Under the pieces are notes generated by a model. That model searched no databases, was not told the DNA's origin, and was given only the letters and a program-made list of their open reading frames with translations. A program made the translations under genes and the position numbers. DNA of 27,615 bases from a virus. Lineage: Duplodnaviria > Heunggongvirae > Uroviricota > Caudoviricetes. The stretch's first letter is position 1; each line of letters opens with the position of its first letter. Positions 22,615 to 27,615 of the stretch are shown piece by piece. The DNA is taken from positions 69,551 to 97,165 of the IMG/VR virus record IMGVR_UViG_3300045996_003062. One strand, 5' to 3'.

Positions 22615-22950
22615 TCATTCCCACCACCCCATCTCGCGTCCGTACGAGACCACGTCGGCATCCTCCTGCTGCCTCACCGCCTCTACCCTCGCCCACTCTT
22701 CTCGCTCGCGCTCATCGCGCGCCGGGTCGTAGCGCCAGTCGGCGGAGTTCATCAGTCGAGACAAACGACTGCCCGGCGACCAGTCGTGGGAGAGGTGCGC
22801 GGGGAGCGCCCGTATCTGCGCCTCGATTGCCTCCTCGCGGCGCGGTCTGGGTGGCCGCGACAGGTCCGGATCTCCCCAGTACGGGTCCACGGCGTCCCAG
22901 CCGATGGGGTCGTGCGTCGATGACGATACGACCTTTTCTTGTGGAGACAT
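22615..22950 (-). CDS. Hypothetical protein (111 aa)
   Basis: Purine-rich RBS before ATG 22950; last gene of the leftward unit. Confidence 0.65.
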   Translation of the reverse strand: MSPQEKVVSSSTHDPIGWDAVDPYWGDPDLSRPPRPRREEAIEAQIRALPAHLSHDWSPGSRLSRLMNSADWRYDPARDEREREEWARVEAVRQQEDADVVSYGREMGWWE

Positions 22951-23011
22951 GTTCCCTGCCCTTCTGGAGGAGAAGGACGCGCACGCGCGTCTAGGTGGAT
23001 GTCGTCCCCGC

Positions 23012-23212
23012 TCACTTGTCCATGAACGCCAGGAGGATTCGAGCGGTCCGCCCCAGCTCCCGCCGACCCGCTTCGGCATTCCGCCAGAGTCCGGCGTCTA
23101 CGCCCGTAGCCGCCGCCGCGTCGCGCGAGCTCCACCCGCGCCGCTCCCGCCACTCGCGGAGGGCTTCCCCGCTCCCCGGACCCTCCGCAGGATCGGGGCG
23201 GACCTTCCTCAC
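23012..23212 (-). CDS. XRE/Cro-like HTH protein (66 aa; alternative start 23221)
   Basis: GEALREWRERRGWSSRDAAAATGVDAGLWRNAEAGRR; GTGA overlap with the ibrB stop. Confidence 0.75.
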   Translation of the reverse strand: MRKVRPDPAEGPGSGEALREWRERRGWSSRDAAAATGVDAGLWRNAEAGRRELGRTARILLAFMDK

Positions 23213-23883
23213 TTGCCCCACATCTCCTCCCGCGCCGTCTGATCGATCTCCCATGCCTCTGAGAACTCCCGGTCGGCGAACATCTCCGCGAGGCCGGTGA
23301 TCTGCTTCAGCCGCAGCACCTCGTCGCGGTCCATGCCCAGCTCCTTGGCGATCCGCTCCTCCGACCACATGCGGCGAGTGAGTTCGCGCACGATGTCGGA
23401 CATCGCGTCGACGCCGTGCTTCCCGCGCGCCCGGTTGTGCCGGATCGTCGCGGCGATCCGGTCCGCGCGGTCCGTCCGCCCCGCCTGGATCGTCGTGACC
23501 GGCAGGTATCCGTGGACCCGCTCGCGCACCGCCGGCACCTCGCGGCCCACGCGGTTGCGGTGGAAGCCGTCGACCACCTCCCGACCGCCTTCCACCGCGT
23601 GTGTCACGATCGGCTGGGTGTAGCCGTCCGCCTCGATGGAGTGCGCGAGTAGCCGCATCTCCGGGGGCGCCACCGTGTTCGGGTTGTAGTCGTTCGCCAC
23701 CACCTCTTCGGCCGCAACCCAGAGCACGCAGTCCACGGGTTCGGCGCGGAACGGGCTCGTCTCGTGGAGCGAAAGACGGATGGCATTCAGCGCCTCCACG
23801 CGGGCGGCGAGCGGGAGCGTTGCGAGGTCAGCGGCGAGGGCGCGTCCGCGCTCCACCATCTCGACTGCGAGTAGGTCAAGCAC
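23209..23883 (-). CDS. ibrB: IbrB/YbdM-like ParB-Srx domain protein (224 aa)
   Basis: EPVDCVLWV, ANDYNPN.VAPPEM.LL..SI..DGYTQPIV, VDGFHR, ATIRHNRARGKH. Confidence 0.92.
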   Translation of the reverse strand: MLDLLAVEMVERGRALAADLATLPLAARVEALNAIRLSLHETSPFRAEPVDCVLWVAAEEVVANDYNPNTVAPPEMRLLAHSIEADGYTQPIVTHAVEGGREVVDGFHRNRVGREVPAVRERVHGYLPVTTIQAGRTDRADRIAATIRHNRARGKHGVDAMSDIVRELTRRMWSEERIAKELGMDRDEVLRLKQITGLAEMFADREFSEAWEIDQTAREEMWGK

Positions 23884-24343
23884 GGTCTGCGATCTCCTTC
23901 CGGTAGTAGGTCCACGATCCGCGCTCCTGCGACGGTGCGAAACCGTGGCGCAGGAACACGGTGCGGATGAAGTCGGTGCGGGTGGCGCCTCGCACCTCCC
24001 GCGGTCGAAGCTCCAGCGCGAGCGCGAGCCGCAGATCGAACATCCGCGCGTAGATACCGCGGCGACGGTGGGCGGGGACGACGTACATGAAGTCCAGCGT
24101 CACGACGCCGGCCGTCGCGACGCGGCCGGCATGAAAGGAGCCCAGCCCGACGACCCGGCCCTCGCTCCGCACGACGACCCATATCGTGTCGGCGCTGTCG
24201 AACCACGGCCCGCCGAGCTCCGTTGCCACATCGCGGCTCGCGAAGAACGGGCCGGTGTCCGCCCAGAACTCGCGTCCCCTCTCCGCCGAGGACTCGCGGG
24301 TGTACGTGTAGCCGCCCTCGACCGCGAGTACCCGCGGACTCAC
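23876..24343 (-). CDS. GNAT-family acetyltransferase (155 aa)
   Basis: MYVVPAHRRRGIY acetyl-CoA motif A and F.RHGF motif B; GTGA coupled to the ibrA stop. Confidence 0.85.
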   Translation of the reverse strand: MSPRVLAVEGGYTYTRESSAERGREFWADTGPFFASRDVATELGGPWFDSADTIWVVVRSEGRVVGLGSFHAGRVATAGVVTLDFMYVVPAHRRRGIYARMFDLRLALALELRPREVRGATRTDFIRTVFLRHGFAPSQERGSWTYYRKEIADRA

Positions 24344-25557
24344 ACGATCCCCCACGCCGCCCTCCGCTTCTTCATCAGCTTCTTGTAGGCGTCGTACGCC
24401 GCCGTCTTCGTCGGACTGAACGAGAGCGCCTTGCACCAGTAGTCGTTCCGAAGGAGCACCTTGCAGATCCGTCTCCAGCTCGGCACGTCCTTGCTGCCCG
24501 TGTCCCCGTCCTGTGCGTCCGGGATGCCGCGCGCGTACAGGTGGCCGTAGTGCGTGGTGCAGTAGCGGACGTAGACGGCGATCTTGTTCCGGTAGTGCTC
24601 CGCCGTCGGGGGTGGCATCGTAGCCAGGAGCAGTTCCGCGAACGATCGGTACGTGTGCCCCTCCGGCAGGGTGATCTGCTGGTTGCCCAGGATGTTGCCC
24701 GCCTCCTTCGCGTACAGCGCCGCCGAGTTGGCGCCCGCCACGCGCGCCACCACCCGCCCCCACGTCTCCGGCTCCACGAGGTGGAACAGCCACAGGCCCC
24801 GGCGTTGCTCGTCCCCGTAGGGCTCACAGATCCGCATCGTGTGGAGTGGCACGCCCGCCTGGTGCATCCGGTCGTAGAGGCGGTTGTACGGCAGGCGCTC
24901 GCGCCCCAGGTACGTCCAGATGTCCTCGGTGCGCCAGTCGTAGATGGGATACGCGTTGTAGGTGGAGCCGCCCGGAATCCACGTCGTCCATCCCAGCCCC
25001 TCGTGCGTGCGCTTGGTTTCGTGGGCGATGGTCCGGAACCGATGCAGGGACTCGTCGCTCCGAATCCCGATCATCGCTGCGGTGAGCGCCGTTCCTCCGT
25101 ACCACGCGGCGAACGCCGGGACGAACTCCTCGAAGGTCATTGCAGGGCGGTAGAACGGGAACGCCCGCTCGTCCGTGATCGCGTCCGGCGGCGGCTGTCG
25201 CACCCATTCCTTACCCGGTTCCCAGCACGTCCACTCCGGTTCGTGCATGCTGCACGCGTTCGTCGTCCGCAGGGGGAGAGCGACCCAGTAAGGATCCGCC
25301 ACGTCGGCGTGCAGCGTCAGGCACTCGCGCACGTGCTCGATCGTGAGGGTGAACTGCGCCTCCCAGTCGATGAACAGCACGCCGATCCGGCGACCGCGGC
25401 GCCGTGCCTCGTCCGCGGTCAGATGGAATAGGACCGTGCTGTCCTTCCCACCGCTGAACGACACGTACACCAGCTCGAACTCATCGAACACCCGCGCGAT
25501 CCGATCCCTCGCGGCTGCGAGCACGTCGACGCCGATCCCGCGCTTCAGCCGAGACAC
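24340..25557 (-). CDS. ibrA: IbrA/YbdN-like PAPS-reductase-family protein (DUF3440 type, 405 aa)
   Basis: PP-loop SFSGGKDS, FIDWEAQ, GIRSDESL.R, YPIYDW, MRICEPYG, WRRICK.LL.NDYWCK.LSF. Confidence 0.93.
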   Translation of the reverse strand: MSRLKRGIGVDVLAAARDRIARVFDEFELVYVSFSGGKDSTVLFHLTADEARRRGRRIGVLFIDWEAQFTLTIEHVRECLTLHADVADPYWVALPLRTTNACSMHEPEWTCWEPGKEWVRQPPPDAITDERAFPFYRPAMTFEEFVPAFAAWYGGTALTAAMIGIRSDESLHRFRTIAHETKRTHEGLGWTTWIPGGSTYNAYPIYDWRTEDIWTYLGRERLPYNRLYDRMHQAGVPLHTMRICEPYGDEQRRGLWLFHLVEPETWGRVVARVAGANSAALYAKEAGNILGNQQITLPEGHTYRSFAELLLATMPPPTAEHYRNKIAVYVRYCTTHYGHLYARGIPDAQDGDTGSKDVPSWRRICKVLLRNDYWCKALSFSPTKTAAYDAYKKLMKKRRAAWGIV

Positions 25558-25973
25558 GCCGTCACCTCCGCCTCGGTGATCTCCTCGATCCGGCCATCCG
25601 CGACCCGGCAGAAGTAGCGCCGCTCGCGGCCGTGGCTGATAAGGTCGTTCACCTCGTACAGCTTCCCGGCGCGGAGCGTGTAGATCATGTACACCCCGCG
25701 GGCCCCGAGGCCCCGCACGCCCGTCGTGTCGCGCTGTCCGTGGACGGGCGTGCGGGTCGGCCGCCCATCCACGACGGGGGCTCCGACCTCCGCCACCCAC
25801 GGATGCCGGAGCGGACGGTAGAGGTTCTTCGCGACGCGGGGAGGCGGTCGCTGGTCCCGGTGCTTCCGGAAATGCGGCACAGCCACCCGCAGGTCGTCGC
25901 CGATCGCCTCCAGGCGAATCGTGGCCGTCTGCGTCGCCCGCGGCGGAGTCAGGCGAACCCCGGGCGTCGTCAC
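25545..25973 (-). CDS. Conserved phage protein of the type found beside ibrAB (142 aa)
   Basis: GTGA coupling; WVAE...G.RGVY..Y.L..G..YEV...RYFC.V pattern (recalled). Confidence 0.8.
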   Translation of the reverse strand: MTTPGVRLTPPRATQTATIRLEAIGDDLRVAVPHFRKHRDQRPPPRVAKNLYRPLRHPWVAEVGAPVVDGRPTRTPVHGQRDTTGVRGLGARGVYMIYTLRAGKLYEVNDLISHGRERRYFCRVADGRIEEITEAEVTACLG

Positions 25974-26413
25974 CCCGCGGCGACCCAGCCGAGGTTCGTC
26001 TCCGCGCCCTGAATCTCCGGGTGGCGCTCGGCCAGCAGGCGCCGGGCGATGTTGACGGTCCCTTCCTTCGTCGCCGCCTGGACCGTCCGGACCTCCGCCA
26101 CCAGCCACTCCCAGTCGAGCATCAGCGACAGGTAGGCCGGGTGGTCGCCGTTGGTGCCGTACCGCAGATGAGCCCTGCGACCTTCGGGCAGCGTCCGTCC
26201 CCCCGCGGTCACGGGAAGTGGACGGCCGGTGCTCCAGTCGCAGGGCTCTCCGTCGGGGCCGTACAGCGCGGCGTACGCATACGGCTCCTCCTGGTCCGTC
26301 AGATGAGCCGCCGCGGCCTCCGCCGTCTCGTGGAAGGACTGACGCAGCTTACCGGCCGGGGCCCCGGTCATCGCCGGCCACGTGTAGATGTGGAGATTGA
26401 ATCGGCCGCCCAT
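25970..26413 (-). CDS. Hypothetical protein (147 aa)
   Basis: GGAGGAG RBS; first gene after a candidate promoter. Confidence 0.75.
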   Translation of the reverse strand: MGGRFNLHIYTWPAMTGAPAGKLRQSFHETAEAAAAHLTDQEEPYAYAALYGPDGEPCDWSTGRPLPVTAGGRTLPEGRRAHLRYGTNGDHPAYLSLMLDWEWLVAEVRTVQAATKEGTVNIARRLLAERHPEIQGAETNLGWVAAG

Positions 26414-26473
26414 GGTGCTCCTCCGAAGAAGGAAGGGGTGCGGATCGCGCTCTCAGTCCAAGACCTCGCCGGT

Positions 26474-26503
26474 AATATGGTGACAGTGTCGCCGGATGCG
26501 CAA
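26474..26503 (-). promoter_or_regulatory. Candidate promoter for the ibr operon
   Basis: Minus strand TTGCGC-N18-CATATT in an AT-richer intergenic gap. Confidence 0.4.
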
Positions 26504-26518
26504 GGGTGTCCGTGCGCC

Positions 26519-27079
26519 CTACTCCGCCAGCCAGTCGGGGAGCGGCACGCCGTCCCTGACGTACTGCCGGCGGATGCGCTCCAGCAGGTCCACCCTCGCC
26601 GCCGCTCGCTCCGCCGGGGCGAGGTCGCGTAGAAGCACGTCGATCGCCAGCCCTGCGTCCCCCGCAGACACGCTTCCCGCGTCGTCGCGGTGCGCCAGCC
26701 ACCAGCGTTGCAGGCGTGCGCGGTTGGGTGCGTACGGCTTCGCCCCGTCTAAGAACTTGCGGAGGCCGGTCGGACTGATGCGCCCCACCTCGGCAGCCAC
26801 CGGCCGAAGGCCGCGGGCGTCCACCTCGCGCGTGAGCCGGGCGCGGATGCGGGAGATGGGCACGAAGTCCAGGACGGGGGTCGGCGCCGGCATGGATGGG
26901 CGAGGGGCTGGCGACGCGGGCGGGGCGTCGGGCTCCGGCTCCAGCGGCAGGCCCATCTCGCGGCGGAGACGGCGCACCTCGTCCAAGAGCTCCAGCGCAA
27001 CCGGCCGGAATCGCGACCTCGTGGACGCGCCCTGCTCCAGGAGCGCGCGTATCTCGGCCAGGCGGTGCAGGTCCATCAT
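26519..27079 (-). CDS. HTH protein with SPTGLRKFLDG motif (186 aa)
   Basis: GLRPVAAEVGRISPTGLRKFLDGAKPY helix-turn-helix; Pro-rich linker. Confidence 0.8.
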   Translation of the reverse strand: MMDLHRLAEIRALLEQGASTRSRFRPVALELLDEVRRLRREMGLPLEPEPDAPPASPAPRPSMPAPTPVLDFVPISRIRARLTREVDARGLRPVAAEVGRISPTGLRKFLDGAKPYAPNRARLQRWWLAHRDDAGSVSAGDAGLAIDVLLRDLAPAERAAARVDLLERIRRQYVRDGVPLPDWLAE

Positions 27080-27081
27080 CG

Positions 27082-27615
27082 TCAGGCGTCGCCCTCGTCC
27101 CGCACCTCTCCGCGCCGGTCCGGCGCCACGGCCCCGACGGTGAGAAAGTCGCCGCGCTCCATCGCGATCAGGAGAACGCGCGCATCCACATTCTCCTTCA
27201 TCGTGTCCAGCATCTCCTCCGTGAAGGACCCGCGCCGCTCCCCCGCCTGGCCGACGATGTCGCGGAGGACGAACGTGAGGCGGTCAACGTCGATCTCCCC
27301 GATGCGGCCGGACAGGACGACCGCCGCCTCCGTCGTTTCGCGCTTCAGCGCCGCGCTCACACGACGTCGCGAGTCGCTGTTGAGCCGGACGCCGCGACCA
27401 GGCGCCCAGGCCCCGCCAAGTTGGACTTCTGTTATCGGGCTGCCCGCTGGTGGGGTGAGGTTGAGGACGGCGCCCAGGATCGCAGCTCGCTCTTCCGGCG
27501 AGTCACCCGGAGGCGGAGCGCCGTCCGGCCCGGCCGCCCACGCGAGCCCCGCACGCAGGCGGTCAACCACGCGCGGGATGTCCGGGTCCGGAAGCAACCC
27601 CTCAGCAGGCGCGCC
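27082..27615 (-). CDS. Hypothetical protein, 5' partial, possible C-terminal OB-like domain
   Basis: Frame stays open to the window edge; LSGRIGEIDVDRLTFVLR. Confidence 0.7.
   Translation of the reverse strand, partial: GAPAEGLLPDPDIPRVVDRLRAGLAWAAGPDGAPPPGDSPEERAAILGAVLNLTPPAGSPITEVQLGGAWAPGRGVRLNSDSRRRVSAALKRETTEAAVVLSGRIGEIDVDRLTFVLRDIVGQAGERRGSFTEEMLDTMKENVDARVLLIAMERGDFLTVGAVAPDRRGEVRDEGDA

Noticed and set aside
24223-25431. 402-aa + strand ORF antisense to ibrA (likewise 6963..8252, 1249..2079 and 5228..6124)
   Set aside because: Typical high-GC antisense shadow frames opposite well-supported genes.
1-27615. CRISPR array, IS element, integrase or att site
   Set aside because: No regularly spaced repeats, transposase or recombinase motifs, or terminal repeats were seen by eye.

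Overview
GC-rich (about 70%) phage or prophage early/accessory region with roughly 65 mostly short, translationally coupled genes (ATGA/GTGA overlaps). No structural, integrase or replication genes are recognisable. There are five units: the 3' end of a + strand metallophosphoesterase gene (1-573); a leftward operon (8680 to 597); a rightward operon (8844-15558); a lone leftward HTH gene followed by a second rightward operon (16093-21725); and a leftward unit (27615 to 22615). Two mirror-image back-to-back sigma70-type promoter pairs (8720-8806 and 15986-16047) each have an HTH regulator on their left side. Recognisable products: a tandem His-Me finger (HNH-like) endonuclease that appears to have replaced the core of a macrodomain gene in frame, two SLOG/YspA-like proteins, a Lar-like/NDT fusion, a SWIM protein, an N6A/N4C DNA methyltransferase and an IbrA-GNAT-IbrB cluster. 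The most striking unexplained element is a ~725-nt non-coding stretch (21777-22500, + strand) with its own candidate promoter and terminator, dense hairpins, a long-range helix, a duplicated pairing module and an internal tRNA-like cloverleaf. It is a candidate giant structured phage ncRNA. All family assignments come from recalled motifs, not database searches. The host is tentatively Gemmatimonadota.
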